The position numbers and the translations under genes are program-made. Below, one piece after another: positions 12,040-22,914 of a stretch of 64,000 nt of DNA. The notes beneath the pieces are model-generated. The model was not told where the DNA came from. It made no database searches and saw nothing but the letters and a program-made list of their open reading frames with translations. The stretch lies in NCBI RefSeq assembly GCF_054482525.1, contig NZ_CM137006.1; one strand, given 5' to 3'. Each line of letters opens with the position of its first letter. The stretch's first letter is position 1.

Positions 12040-14181
12040 TCAAAATTCCATTTTCACCGTGAATTGCACTTCACGCGGATCGCCAATCTGATTCCCCAGA
12101 TTATTTGTGGCGATGGAAGAGGTGTAATACGTTTTATCAAACAGGTTTTTGACGTTTAATTGCAGTGTGACCGGATACTGCAATTTCATTTTGTATGCAG
12201 CGAAGGCATCGGCAACGAAATAGCCTGGCAGATAATAGTCAGCCCCATTGGTTGCCGAACGACGGCTTACGCCATGTCCACCACCGCCAAACGTCAGTGT
12301 GTTATTGCCAGGCATGTTATGAATGTCATAAGTCAGGAATAGCGAACCGGTATGACGAGGAACATTCGGCAATGGTTTCCCTGCATAATCAGGATCCTCC
12401 AGAACCTTAGCATCGGTATAGCCGTAGCTGGCAATGATATTAATGTTTTCAGTTAATGCTCCCGCAAGGTCGACTTCTACCCCTCTTGAACGAACACGGC
12501 CTGCCGTTTTGGCAATGCTTTCATCACCAATACTTTCGGTATACAACACGTTACGTTTATGGATATCAAACAGCGCAATATCTGCGGTGATACCATCGAA
12601 TAGCTCGAATTTTGCCCCGACTTCGTAAGCATTAGATGATTCCGGTGGAAGATCGCCAATGTAGCTGGCAATTGACGACTGCGGCATAAATGTTTGCGAA
12701 TAATTGGCAAATAAGGATACCGATGGCGTCAGTTTGTAGACTAACCCCAGTTTGGGCGTCCATTGTTCATCGCGGCTGTCAGTATTGACATTAAAAGGAC
12801 GGCCTTTACCCGCATACTGCGTGTAATACTGATAGCGGATCCCGGCGACGGCAATCCAGTTATCGGTCAGATAGAGCGCGTCCTGTGCATACGCTGAGTA
12901 GCTCTCCTGTTTGATCGTCTGATCACTGTCCGACGCCGAAACCGTTGTGCATTTGCTGGTATTGCCATAAACGGGGTTGTAGATATTGAAATCTTTAGCG
13001 TTTTTACAGCGAATCATATCTGTGCGCAGAAGATCATAATATTCATATGACACCCCACCCAGAATCTCATTATAGAACCCAGCAATATCAGCATTCCCTT
13101 GCAGATCCGCACGAGTAGAATGCATACGCTGGGTAGATCCCTGAGTTGCATCAACACGCCGTGTCAGCGTTCCTGTCGTTGCATCATACGCGGTAACGCG
13201 AGCCTGATTGTCGCTGTATTTATCCTGGCTGTAGCTGTAATCAAAGCGCGCTGTCCACTGGCTATTGAGATGATATTCTGCGTTGAGTTGCGCCAGATCG
13301 GACTGACCATCTGTAATATTAAACGGTTCGTCAAAACGTATTTTTCGATCAACGTTTACGGGCTGTTTCGTCGTAAGGTCGAAAATCGTTCCACGATCGA
13401 ACGGAGTTTTATAGTCCCGATGGGAATAGAGCATGGTTACTGTTGCATTATCACCAAACCAGGTGAGTGACGGGGCAATAAATGTACTGCGCTCTTTACC
13501 GAAGTTTCGCCAGTAATCTTCATCCTGCACTTCCCCCGTCAGGCGGTATGCCAGCTGAGTGCCTTCAATGGGACCTGTGATATCAAGTTGCCCAGTGCCT
13601 CCGCCAAAACTGGAGGACGTGGCTGAGACAGAACCATGGAATGTTTTTTCCGGGCGCTTGGTCACGACGTTAATCAATCCACCAGGATCGAGAATGCCAT
13701 ACAGCGTGGAGGCCGGACCTTTTAGCACTTCCACACGTTCTGTGGCGGCGTTGAAACTGCGAGGAAGTACAGTTCGCAGGCCGTTGGTCATGATGGAGCC
13801 ATCCCGGTTTGCGCCAAACCCACGGCGTACAAAAGCATCCTGAGTCCCGCCTAATGTATTGGTCTGTACCACGTTACTGACGTTATAAAGCGCCTCATCC
13901 AGCGTTGTCGCATTCTGGTTTTCCAGAACCTGATCGCTAACCGTATTGACCACCTGCGGGATATCCAGCATCGGCATATCGGTTAATGTCGCCGTAGAGG
14001 TGCTCAGAGGTTGATAACCATCGGTTGCCTCAGTTGCGGTATTTGCATCTGCTGTAACAGTGATTGTTTCGCCATCTTTGGTCGTTACAGAGTCTGTTGC
14101 ATGAATCATCGGTGCCGCAAAAAGCAGTGAAAAGAGCGCCCGACCTTTGAGTCCTGAGAATGAAGGTGTGAACATAGCCAT
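12040..14181 (-). CDS. TonB-dependent outer membrane siderophore receptor (Fit-like, FitA?)
   Basis: 713-aa ORF with signal peptide, plug region and C-terminal terminal-Phe beta-barrel; divergent from ABC importer operon. Confidence 0.85.
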   Translation of the reverse strand: MAMFTPSFSGLKGRALFSLLFAAPMIHATDSVTTKDGETITVTADANTATEATDGYQPLSTSTATLTDMPMLDIPQVVNTVSDQVLENQNATTLDEALYNVSNVVQTNTLGGTQDAFVRRGFGANRDGSIMTNGLRTVLPRSFNAATERVEVLKGPASTLYGILDPGGLINVVTKRPEKTFHGSVSATSSSFGGGTGQLDITGPIEGTQLAYRLTGEVQDEDYWRNFGKERSTFIAPSLTWFGDNATVTMLYSHRDYKTPFDRGTIFDLTTKQPVNVDRKIRFDEPFNITDGQSDLAQLNAEYHLNSQWTARFDYSYSQDKYSDNQARVTAYDATTGTLTRRVDATQGSTQRMHSTRADLQGNADIAGFYNEILGGVSYEYYDLLRTDMIRCKNAKDFNIYNPVYGNTSKCTTVSASDSDQTIKQESYSAYAQDALYLTDNWIAVAGIRYQYYTQYAGKGRPFNVNTDSRDEQWTPKLGLVYKLTPSVSLFANYSQTFMPQSSIASYIGDLPPESSNAYEVGAKFELFDGITADIALFDIHKRNVLYTESIGDESIAKTAGRVRSRGVEVDLAGALTENINIIASYGYTDAKVLEDPDYAGKPLPNVPRHTGSLFLTYDIHNMPGNNTLTFGGGGHGVSRRSATNGADYYLPGYFVADAFAAYKMKLQYPVTLQLNVKNLFDKTYYTSSIATNNLGNQIGDPREVQFTVKMEF

Positions 14182-14278
14182 TTAGTCTGTTATCCCAAAA
14201 ACTCGCGGATTGTCGCGAGTGAAAATTGTTTCTTATTGCTCACTAAGCACTATCCGTTTGTTATTTCACCATCGGATA

Positions 14279-14302
14279 TGTAATTGAGAATCATTCAATC
14301 AT
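14279..14302. promoter_or_regulatory. Candidate Fur box in divergent promoter region
   Basis: taattgagaatcattcaatc resembles GATAATGATAATCATTATC (about 13/19 by eye); AT-rich divergent region. Confidence 0.3.
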
Positions 14303-14554
14303 GCGGTGATGTAGTAGTAAATGAGAAATAACAAAAAATTGCTACATGTGTTTTTATGAGAGGTTAATGCAATTCAATTGATGGTAATTTATTAATATTT
14401 AATGGTTTTATTTTTATCTTTAAAAATATTTCACCTGTTATTTACCTTGTTTTTGTGTGGCTTTTAACTGCTTGACTACTACATTTTGTGGCGTCAAACT
14501 CTCAAAGGAGAATGAGTTTTATTTTTGTTTGTCTTTGATTAAGTTGGCGTACAC

Positions 14555-15364
14555 GTGGCACATAACGCAAAAGGGCAGGGGCTGATCCTCGACAATGTTT
14601 CTGCCGGGTATCACAAGAAAATCATTGTTGATGGTGTTTCTTTCTCCGTTCCCACAGAAAAAATGACCGTTCTGGTTGGGGCAAACGGCTGTGGAAAGTC
14701 GACGTTGCTCAGCACCATTGCACGTATCTTGCAACCCATGGGCGGTTCGATATTGCTGGATGGTAAAGCGATTCACGAGCAACCAACGAAAGCGTTATCC
14801 CGTAGACTTGGGATCTTGCCGCAGTCGCCATTATTGCCGGAGGGCTTAACCGTTTATGAACTGGTGTCGCGTGGGCGTTTTCCCTGGCAGAATTTCATTC
14901 GTCAATGGAGCGACGCCGATGAGCTGGCGGTAGAAGAGGCCCTGAAATTAACGGGTACGCAGGAGTTTGCACATTTACCTGTTGAAAAACTCTCTGGTGG
15001 GCAGCGCCAGCGTTGCTGGATTGCGATGGTGTTGGCGCAAAAGACGCCTTATATCCTGCTGGATGAACCCACAACCTGGCTTGATTTACGTTATCAGGTT
15101 GAAATTCTTGAGTTATTACATGATTTAACACGTCATCACGGGCGTACAGTCGTCGTGGTGTTGCATGATCTGAATTTTGCCGTCAATTATGGCGATACGT
15201 TGATATTTTTACGCCAGGGGAAAGTGGTGCGTGTGTTGAATGAGGGGGAGCATTGCACGCCTGAGCTGGTAAAAGCGGTCTTTGACGTTGATGTTCACGC
15301 ATCAATAAATCCTCTGACGGGAAAGCCGTTCTTCATGCCGTTTCGTGGTGTAGAAAAAGTATGA
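14555..15364 (+). CDS. Iron-siderophore ABC transporter ATP-binding protein (FhuC/FecE-like)
   Basis: 269-aa ORF with Walker A GANGCGKST and LSGGQRQR signature; GTG start forced by in-frame stop at 14540. Confidence 0.85.
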   Translation: MAHNAKGQGLILDNVSAGYHKKIIVDGVSFSVPTEKMTVLVGANGCGKSTLLSTIARILQPMGGSILLDGKAIHEQPTKALSRRLGILPQSPLLPEGLTVYELVSRGRFPWQNFIRQWSDADELAVEEALKLTGTQEFAHLPVEKLSGGQRQRCWIAMVLAQKTPYILLDEPTTWLDLRYQVEILELLHDLTRHHGRTVVVVLHDLNFAVNYGDTLIFLRQGKVVRVLNEGEHCTPELVKAVFDVDVHASINPLTGKPFFMPFRGVEKV

Positions 15365-16344
15365 TGCGCACAGGGCTGGTTACTGTAATTTTCCTCGCCT
15401 TACTGCTGGTGGGATGCGTGGTATATCCAGGGATTGGTGCCCGATTTATTGCACCACAAACGGTATTGCAGGCATTTCTTCATTTTGAACCGCAAAACTT
15501 CGATCACAACGTAATTGTAAGACTCCGTTTGCCGCGTTTAGCGGCAGCATTGCTTACCGGTGCTTCTCTTGGAGTTGCTGGTGCTTTGTTGCAGGCTGTC
15601 ATTCGTAACCCATTGGGGGAGCCACATATTTTAGGCTTAAATGCCGGAGCCGCTCTTGCTGTCGTTGCTGCCAGTGCGCTTGGGCTGGCCTTTCCGGTTG
15701 GACGCCCACTGCTGGCATCTACGGGCGGCGCGTTATTGTTCCTGTTGATATTGCTGCTTTCCTCCGCAGGGCGTTCAGGGTTAACGCCAATGAAAGTTAC
15801 TTTATGCGGCGTGGCGCTATCGGCGTTCGTGTCCTCAATAACGGCTGCAATCCTGATTCTTGACGAACAAACACTGCTGGCGATGCGGACATGGCTAGCA
15901 GGTGATTTAGCGGGGCAGGATTGGGCGACGCTGGGTACGTCCGCCTGGTTTTCTCTGGGGGGATTTGTGTTAGCCCTTTACCTTGCACCCTCCCTTAACA
16001 TGTTGGCACTGGGCGATCGCATGGCGCAGGGGCTGGGCGTCTCTGTACTCCGCACGCGAACATTCACCCTGCTTGCGATCGCGTTGCTCTGTGGCGCAGC
16101 CGTATCGATTGCTGGCCCCATTGGTTTTGTCGGCCTGCTAGTACCGCAGATTGTCCGGCGTCTGGTATCAGCGGATCTGCGCGTTCTGCTCCCTCTTTCA
16201 GCTTGTGTCGGCGCACTTTTGTTATTACTGGCAGATATTATTGCCCGTACGCTTTTCACGCCCCATGAATTAGCGACCGGTGTCATGACGGCGTTAGTTG
16301 GTGCGCCTGTTTTTGTCATTATGGCGACGAGGATGTTCAAATGA
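15361..16344 (+). CDS. FecCD-family ABC permease
   Basis: 327-aa hydrophobic ORF, 4-nt overlap with upstream ATPase gene. Confidence 0.85.
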   Translation: MMRTGLVTVIFLALLLVGCVVYPGIGARFIAPQTVLQAFLHFEPQNFDHNVIVRLRLPRLAAALLTGASLGVAGALLQAVIRNPLGEPHILGLNAGAALAVVAASALGLAFPVGRPLLASTGGALLFLLILLLSSAGRSGLTPMKVTLCGVALSAFVSSITAAILILDEQTLLAMRTWLAGDLAGQDWATLGTSAWFSLGGFVLALYLAPSLNMLALGDRMAQGLGVSVLRTRTFTLLAIALLCGAAVSIAGPIGFVGLLVPQIVRRLVSADLRVLLPLSACVGALLLLLADIIARTLFTPHELATGVMTALVGAPVFVIMATRMFK

Positions 16345-17390
16345 GTCGGATAATGAACGTCGGGCTACGCCCACTACGTGTTGGTAAGTTTTCGACACTG
16401 GTACGCCCTAAAAATCTGCTGTTGCTTGGTGGGCTGTTTCTGTTTGCGGTTGGAATACTGATATTCGGTCTGATGCAGGGTTCTTTCTCTGTTCCGGCAT
16501 CGGAAGTAGGACGAGCGTTGTTTGCTCCAGAAAACGTAAGCACAGACGCACGTTATATTGTGCAGGATATTCGCTTGCCGAGAGTCATCATGGCATTGCT
16601 ATGCGGGGCCATGTTAGGTATGGCAGGGGCCGCAATGCAATCCATTGCACGTAACGGCCTTGCCGATCCTGGGTTAATCGGCGTCAAAGAAGGATGTAGC
16701 GTGGCTGTGCTGTGGCTGATTTTCCAGTTTCCAATGCTGGGAGTGTTCTGGCGTCCAGTGGCTGGTCTTGCTGGTGGCCTGTTGGTGGCTTTAATCGTGA
16801 TTTTTTGTGCGCGCGATATTTCCCGCCCGCGATTTGTTCTGATTGGTATTGGTGTTTCCTGGTTTTTCGCCGCCGGTATCGGTGTATTTATGACCACTGC
16901 AGATGTTCGAGATGTACAAACTGCATTGATGTGGTTATCGGGAAGCCTGCATGCAGCTAACTGGATGTTAGTCGGTATTTCAGCCTGTTGGATGTTGCCA
17001 GCCGCTCTTTTATTGCTGTTCACCGCCAGGACGGCGGATATCGCTCTGCTTGGTCATCAGGTTGCAACCGGGTTAGGGGTGAATAGTTCTCGTCTGGCGT
17101 TGTTACGTGTCGCCGCACCCATAATCCTGACAGCCGTCTGCGTTTCGTGTGTTGGTAACATCGGTTTTGTCGGATTGATAGCACCCCATATATCACGTTT
17201 TATGCTACGTGGCGGGCAGACGACATTACTGCTGGGGAGCGCGGTATCGGGGGCGTTGTTAGTTATTCTGGCGGATAGCATTGGTCGTTTGGCTTTTTTG
17301 CCTTTGCAACTGCCTGCCGGAATCATTATCTCACTGATTGGTGGACCATTTTTTTTGCTACTGCTCTGGCAGCGCAGGAACAGTTTTTAA
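16341..17390 (+). CDS. FecCD-family ABC permease (second)
   Basis: 349-aa hydrophobic ORF, overlaps previous permease stop. Confidence 0.85.
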   Translation: MSRIMNVGLRPLRVGKFSTLVRPKNLLLLGGLFLFAVGILIFGLMQGSFSVPASEVGRALFAPENVSTDARYIVQDIRLPRVIMALLCGAMLGMAGAAMQSIARNGLADPGLIGVKEGCSVAVLWLIFQFPMLGVFWRPVAGLAGGLLVALIVIFCARDISRPRFVLIGIGVSWFFAAGIGVFMTTADVRDVQTALMWLSGSLHAANWMLVGISACWMLPAALLLLFTARTADIALLGHQVATGLGVNSSRLALLRVAAPIILTAVCVSCVGNIGFVGLIAPHISRFMLRGGQTTLLLGSAVSGALLVILADSIGRLAFLPLQLPAGIIISLIGGPFFLLLLWQRRNSF

Positions 17391-17400
17391 CGGGAGTTAT

Positions 17401-18348
17401 ATGCGTTTATTTTTTTCTCTGCTGATACTGTTGTCATTTTTTTCCCGTGCAACAGAACCTGTTCAGGTATTTACTGATGATTTAGGGCGCAAAGTCACTG
17501 TTCCTGCTCATCCAAAGAGAATTGTCTCTTTACACGATCTTGATATCACTATTCCTCTGATTGAGCTCGGTGTACCTCCTGTCGCCAGCCACGGGCGAAC
17601 TCGGCCTGACGGTAGCCATTTCATTCGATCTGGCGCGTTATTGACAGGTGTCGACTTTGATAATTCATCGATCGCCTTTATTGGTACCGCTGATATTGAT
17701 ATTGAAGCGATTGTGGCGGCAAAGCCTGACTTGATCATCACAGAACCGACCCGTAATACGCCCATTGAACAACTTGAAAAAATTGCGCCCACGGTGAGCA
17801 TTGATCATCTCAAAGGGGGCGCGCCAGAAATCTATCGCAAGCTGGCAGAACTTACAGGAACGCAGTCGCAGCTGGCGATACTTGAACGCCGCTATCAGGC
17901 ACAAATCAATGCGCTGAAGGCGACGCTGGACAGCCAAAAAATAACGGTATCGGTGATTCAGGCAAACCAGGGAAAAATTAATGTGATGCATAGCTATCAT
18001 TCGCTGGGGCGGGTATTACGCGATGCTGGTTTTCGTTTTCCGCCGCTGATTGAGAGCATTCCTGAAGGTGGGCGAATGGATGTGAGCGCGGAGCGTTTAC
18101 CTGAACTGGATGCCGATTTTGTTTTTGCAACCTGGCGCGGTGACACCGGTGGTAAACCTCAGGATGAGCTGGCAGCAATGGAAAAAGTCATGCCGGGATG
18201 GTGTCAGTTTCTGACTGCCTGTCGTTCCGGGCGTTATGTGCTGATTTCTCGTGAAGAGGCAATTTCTAACTCCTTTGCATCACTGGGGCTGATGGCTGCG
18301 CAGATACAATCACAAATTGCAGGGCGACCTCTACCGGAGGCTAAATGA
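17401..18348 (+). CDS. Periplasmic siderophore-binding protein (cluster A SBP)
   Basis: ORF track 17338..18348; start trimmed to MRLFFSLLILLSFFSRA signal peptide preceded by GGGAG. Confidence 0.8.
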   Translation: MRLFFSLLILLSFFSRATEPVQVFTDDLGRKVTVPAHPKRIVSLHDLDITIPLIELGVPPVASHGRTRPDGSHFIRSGALLTGVDFDNSSIAFIGTADIDIEAIVAAKPDLIITEPTRNTPIEQLEKIAPTVSIDHLKGGAPEIYRKLAELTGTQSQLAILERRYQAQINALKATLDSQKITVSVIQANQGKINVMHSYHSLGRVLRDAGFRFPPLIESIPEGGRMDVSAERLPELDADFVFATWRGDTGGKPQDELAAMEKVMPGWCQFLTACRSGRYVLISREEAISNSFASLGLMAAQIQSQIAGRPLPEAK

Positions 18349-19232
18349 TCCAGAAAGATAAAGCGCGGGTTGATATTTTTGGTGAGCGTTTTCGCACTCG
18401 CGCGAGTCAGTTAACGCCTGGGTTAAGAGCTGTCGCCAGCTACATTAATGAGCATCGTGAAGTGGTACTCGAGCAAACGGCGATGGAAATTGCGGCCACG
18501 TTGAACACTTCCGATGCCACAGTTATCAGGGCTATACAGGCCCTGGGGTTTGCCGGGCTGCGTGATCTGAAACGCACTCTGGAACAGTGGCTTGGTCCAG
18601 CCCTTAGTTCCAGCGAAAAGATGTCTACGACGGTGAGTAACTTGACGAGCGATGTTAACACCGCAATCGACTTTGTTCTTGAAGGGCATTTGTATACCTG
18701 TAATGTCCTGTCAGAGCCTGAAAACCGCCACGCGCTTGCGCAAGCTGTAGCGTTGTTGGTGCAGGCACGGCAAGTCGCAATTTTTGGCATTGGCGCTTCG
18801 GGTATTCTGGCGGACTATACCGCACGACTATTCAACCGCATAGGTTTGCCTGCCACGGCACTAAACCGTACGGGGATTGGCCTTGCCGAGCAACTGATCG
18901 CGCTTCAACGTGGCGATGTTCTGATCATGATGGCGCAAAAATCTGCGCACCGGGAAGGGCTGACAACGCTTCGTGAGGCGAGGCGGCTGGGGATCCCTGT
19001 TATTTTGCTGACAAACGCGCTGGATTCGCGTTTTAGCAAAGACGCCAGTATCGTGATTCATGTTCCGCGCGGGGATGAAAAAGGGAAAACGCCGCTACAT
19101 GGTACGGTATTGTTGTGTCTGGAAATGATTGTCTGGTCGGTAGCTTCCGCAGTGCCGCAGCGTGCGGTTAAAACCATTAAGCGAATTAACGATTTCCATC
19201 GAGGACTGAAAACGGGAAGAAAGAATGGCTAA
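18345..19232 (+). CDS. RpiR/MurR-family transcriptional regulator (HTH + SIS domain)
   Basis: 295-aa ORF; N-terminal HTH, C-terminal SIS-like phosphosugar-binding region; start overlaps binding-protein stop (ATGA). Confidence 0.75.
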   Translation: MIQKDKARVDIFGERFRTRASQLTPGLRAVASYINEHREVVLEQTAMEIAATLNTSDATVIRAIQALGFAGLRDLKRTLEQWLGPALSSSEKMSTTVSNLTSDVNTAIDFVLEGHLYTCNVLSEPENRHALAQAVALLVQARQVAIFGIGASGILADYTARLFNRIGLPATALNRTGIGLAEQLIALQRGDVLIMMAQKSAHREGLTTLREARRLGIPVILLTNALDSRFSKDASIVIHVPRGDEKGKTPLHGTVLLCLEMIVWSVASAVPQRAVKTIKRINDFHRGLKTGRKNG

Positions 19233-19276
19233 TCTGGGCTGAGACCGGTAGCAACACCGGCCTCTTTTCAGGAATG

Positions 19277-19591
19277 TTAAATCCCCGGTTGCAGGATGCG
19301 GATATTCATCTCCAGCACATCGCCTTTTACGGCCTCGCTGTACGCTTTCATGTGCGGGGTCTGCAAGTGCGCTTCAAGATGCGCGATGCTTTCCCACTGC
19401 TCAATCATCACGATAGAATCCGGTGCCATAGACTGGAAACTCACGCCAGCAGCGCAATCCACCATTGGCGCATAGCCGTGGCAACCTTCTTCTTTCAGTA
19501 CGGTTGGAACGATTTTAGCAAACTGATCCAACACTGCCTGACGGTGATGTTGACCAGGACGAGTACGGATTTCTGCGATTACTGTAATCAT
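19277..19591 (-). CDS. ygiN: Quinol monooxygenase YgiN
   Basis: 104-aa ORF recognised. Confidence 0.9.
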   Translation of the reverse strand: MITVIAEIRTRPGQHHRQAVLDQFAKIVPTVLKEEGCHGYAPMVDCAAGVSFQSMAPDSIVMIEQWESIAHLEAHLQTPHMKAYSEAVKGDVLEMNIRILQPGI

Positions 19592-19621
19592 GGTTAACTC
19601 CTTCTAAAGCCAGAGCTCTAG

Positions 19622-20203
19622 TTAACCAAAAATTTCCACAAGATGCTTGCGATATTCTTCAGTATAGCGGGGAACATCAGGCATTTTTATCACGTCATTA
19701 GCGATAAATGTCGGCAGCGGTTCCATGCCAAGGAATTGGTTTGCTTTATGGAACGGCAGGTACACACCGTCAACACCAACGCCGTGGAAGAACTGATCTT
19801 TTTCGGTGAAGGCTTCCATTGGTGCGTTCCAGGTCAGAGAAAGCATATATTTTTTGCCCTGTACCAGGCCGCCGGAGCCGTATTTTTTCGACGGATCTTT
19901 GCGGGTACGACCATCGCTGGCATACAGCGTCCCGTGACCTTCGGTGAATACATCATCAATGTATTTTTTCACTGTCCACGGCGCGCCCATCCACCAGCCT
20001 GGCATCTGCCAGATCACCGCATCAGCCCAGAGAAAGTTTTGTACTTCCGCTTTGACATCGTAGTCGCTGTCGGCGCGAACGATGCGGACATCATGCCCGA
20101 GGTCGCGCAGTGTGCCATCCGCGACTTCGGTCAGGGTGTCGTTCAGTTGACCATTGGAGTGGGCGAATTTTTTCGCGCCGTTGATAATCAGGATGTTGCT
20201 CAT
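19622..20203 (-). CDS. mdaB: NADPH:quinone oxidoreductase MdaB
   Basis: 193-aa ORF recognised. Confidence 0.9.
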   Translation of the reverse strand: MSNILIINGAKKFAHSNGQLNDTLTEVADGTLRDLGHDVRIVRADSDYDVKAEVQNFLWADAVIWQMPGWWMGAPWTVKKYIDDVFTEGHGTLYASDGRTRKDPSKKYGSGGLVQGKKYMLSLTWNAPMEAFTEKDQFFHGVGVDGVYLPFHKANQFLGMEPLPTFIANDVIKMPDVPRYTEEYRKHLVEIFG

Positions 20204-20312
20204 TTTTTAACCTCAAGGTGAGACGTTTGCCGACTATAGTACGTCACAGAGCGGTACGGTGAAATTAGCAAAATGTGCAAAGTCTTTTGCGAATTTAGCA
20301 AAAGTCTTACCC

Positions 20313-21662
20313 TTACCAGCTTATCTTCGCCTCAAATCCACCTTGTTCCGCATTCCCAAATTCAACATTCATGTCATGCAGCTTGGCGATTCGCTGGACA
20401 ATCGATAGCCCAAGTCCACTGCCGGTAGCGGTTTGTCCGGGTGGGCGATAGAAGCGTTCGCCAATTCTCGCCAGTGCCTCTGGTGTCACACCGGGGCCGT
20501 TATCCCTCACGATGAAATTATCGGCATTCAGCGTGACGTCTACCACGCTACCTTGTGAACTGTAACGCACGGCGTTATCCAGCAAATTTCGCACCAACAA
20601 ACTTAGCAATAGCGGTTGTCCGGTGCGTTTGATGCCGTTGGCATTGAGTGTCAGTCGCACGTCAATGTTCGCCTGCTGCGCCGTGTGGTAAATATCCATC
20701 ACCGACGATTGCAGGAGATCTTCAAGCGGGATCTCCGCGACGTCCTGAAGGTTATCCAGTGAGTCCAGCCGCGATAGCGTGAGCAGTTGATCAACCAGAC
20801 GAGTAGCGCGATCGATCCCGGAATGTAATTGAAGCAGCGCTTTTTTCCGCGCCTGCGGATCATCGTCAGAGAGCTGCGCAACTTCGGTTTGCACTTTCAG
20901 CGCCGTTAACGGGCTACGAAGTTCGTGAGCTGCGTCGGAGGTAAAGCGTCGTTCACGAACCATCATCGCATGTGTGCGGGCGAACAGTTGATTCAACGAC
21001 TCAACCAGTGGACGCACTTCGCTGGGTACGCCCGTCGCGTTTAGTGGTTTTTCCGAGTCAGGGTCACGCATACGTAGTGCCAGCGCCAGTTTGTTCAGCG
21101 GCGCGAGTTCACGACCCAGTAGTACCATCATGATGATTAACATAATCGGCAGTGCGACAAGCCACGGGAGCAATTGTCCGGCAACAATCGCCAGCGCCAT
21201 GTCTTCACGGTATTCCCATTCCTGACCCACAACGATGCGATATTTGCCATCAGGTGAGGTCATCCAGACAAAACGCCAGGGATCGTCTTCACCGACCAGT
21301 TGCCCGTCAGCAAAACCTTCCCGCTGATAGCTATAGGGAATATCTTCTCCGTTATCGCCATCGTTAAGGACCATTCTGCCGTCGTGAGTAAAGATGGCAA
21401 AGGTCAGCGCATCGTCATCAACATGACCGTGTTTTAATTTATTTGGCGTCTGTGCCATGCGATCTGCCGCGTTGATTTCGTTGAGATCGAGCGTACTTAA
21501 CCGTTTGGCAAACAGCATCAGTTGGGTGTCGAACAACTCATCGACGTTATCCGTTGTTTGTTTCCAGGCGACAAAGCTGGAAAGCAGCCAGGTCACCGAG
21601 GCCAGAATTAAAAAGATTAGCGTCAGCCTGACTCGCAGACTAAGACGTTGGGTAAATTTCAT
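20313..21662 (-). CDS. qseC: Sensor histidine kinase QseC
   Basis: 449-aa ORF, two TM segments, H-box AAHELRSPL. Confidence 0.9.
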   Translation of the reverse strand: MKFTQRLSLRVRLTLIFLILASVTWLLSSFVAWKQTTDNVDELFDTQLMLFAKRLSTLDLNEINAADRMAQTPNKLKHGHVDDDALTFAIFTHDGRMVLNDGDNGEDIPYSYQREGFADGQLVGEDDPWRFVWMTSPDGKYRIVVGQEWEYREDMALAIVAGQLLPWLVALPIMLIIMMVLLGRELAPLNKLALALRMRDPDSEKPLNATGVPSEVRPLVESLNQLFARTHAMMVRERRFTSDAAHELRSPLTALKVQTEVAQLSDDDPQARKKALLQLHSGIDRATRLVDQLLTLSRLDSLDNLQDVAEIPLEDLLQSSVMDIYHTAQQANIDVRLTLNANGIKRTGQPLLLSLLVRNLLDNAVRYSSQGSVVDVTLNADNFIVRDNGPGVTPEALARIGERFYRPPGQTATGSGLGLSIVQRIAKLHDMNVEFGNAEQGGFEAKISW

Positions 21663-22318
21663 TTCTCACCTAATGTGTAGCCAATACCATGAACGGTACG
21701 AATAAAATCACTGCCGAGTTTGCGTCGCAGATGATGCACATGCACTTCAACGGCATTACTGGTGACCTCTTCGTCCCAGGTATACAGTTTCTCTTCAATC
21801 AGTTTGCGCGGCAGTACCCGACCAGCGTTACGCATCAGTAATTCCAGCAGGGCAAATTCTTTTGGTTTCAGCGTTAAGGGTTCGCCAGTCAGTGTGGCGA
21901 TACGTTTGCCGGGGTCGAGCATGACGTTGCCGTGGCGCAGCTCGTTGCTGGCCTGGCCGTTGGTTCGGCGCATCAGAGCTTCCAGCCTGGCGGCGACTTC
22001 TATCAACGCAAAAGGTTTACACAGATAATCGTCAGCTCCCAGGCGCAGCCCTTCTACACGTTCCGCCAGCGCATCGCGCGCGGTCAGGATCAATACCGGC
22101 TCACGCTGACCTTTTTCTCGCCATTCGCGCAAAATATCGCGACCATCCATGCCTGGTAAGGTTAAATCCAGGATCACCGCATCATAAGGCGCGCTATATA
22201 GCGCCTCTTTTCCCTGACGACCTTGTGTAAACCAGTCGACGCTAAAACCCATTTTACTAAGGCCCGTTTTGATGCCGTCGCCAATCAGCATGTCATCTTC
22301 TATCAGTAAAATTCGCAT
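21659..22318 (-). CDS. qseB: Response regulator QseB (OmpR family)
   Basis: 219-aa ORF; overlaps qseC start. Confidence 0.9.
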   Translation of the reverse strand: MRILLIEDDMLIGDGIKTGLSKMGFSVDWFTQGRQGKEALYSAPYDAVILDLTLPGMDGRDILREWREKGQREPVLILTARDALAERVEGLRLGADDYLCKPFALIEVAARLEALMRRTNGQASNELRHGNVMLDPGKRIATLTGEPLTLKPKEFALLELLMRNAGRVLPRKLIEEKLYTWDEEVTSNAVEVHVHHLRRKLGSDFIRTVHGIGYTLGEK

Positions 22319-22469
22319 TTTTTCATCCCTGCGATAACCGTATTTGCTGCCAGTAAACCGTGTTGTAACGCGCTCTGTACAGCATTAAATTTTATTTTTT
22401 TCCCTTAAGAAGTTGTTAAGGACTATCTTGTTAAATGCTCGGAAACAGACATTAAAGGGAGTAATAAAC

Positions 22470-22862
22470 ATGAAAAAATTCGCAGCAGTAATCGCAGTAA
22501 TGGCCCTGTGCAGTGCACCGGTGATGGCAGCAGAGCAGGGAGGTTTTTCTGGCCCATCGGCAACGCAAAGTCAGGCCGGAGGATTCCAGGGGCCGAACGG
22601 CAGCGTAACGACCGTAGAAAGCGCAAAATCCCTGCGTGACGACACCTGGGTAACCCTGCGCGGCAATATCGTTGAACGCATCTCTGACGATCTCTACGTG
22701 TTCAAAGATGCCAGCGGTACTATCAATGTGGATATCGATCACAAACGCTGGAACGGCGTGACGGTGACGCCGAAAGATACGGTTGAGATTCAGGGTGAAG
22801 TCGATAAAGACTGGAACTCTGTTGAAATTGACGTCAAACAGATCCGCAAAGTAAATCCGTAA
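22470..22862 (+). CDS. ygiW: Periplasmic BOF/OB-fold protein YgiW (VisP)
   Basis: ORF track 22413..22862; start trimmed to MKKFAAVIAVMALCSAPVMA (130 aa). Confidence 0.85.
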   Translation: MKKFAAVIAVMALCSAPVMAAEQGGFSGPSATQSQAGGFQGPNGSVTTVESAKSLRDDTWVTLRGNIVERISDDLYVFKDASGTINVDIDHKRWNGVTVTPKDTVEIQGEVDKDWNSVEIDVKQIRKVNP

Positions 22863-22914
22863 TTGTTACCGCTCCCGGGACGCGTTCCCGGGAATAATTT
22901 CGCAGGGAGGCAAA

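Noticed and set aside
19643-20221. 192-aa ORF antisense to mdaB
   Set aside because: Mirror ORF of mdaB over almost its whole length; mdaB is the recognised gene.
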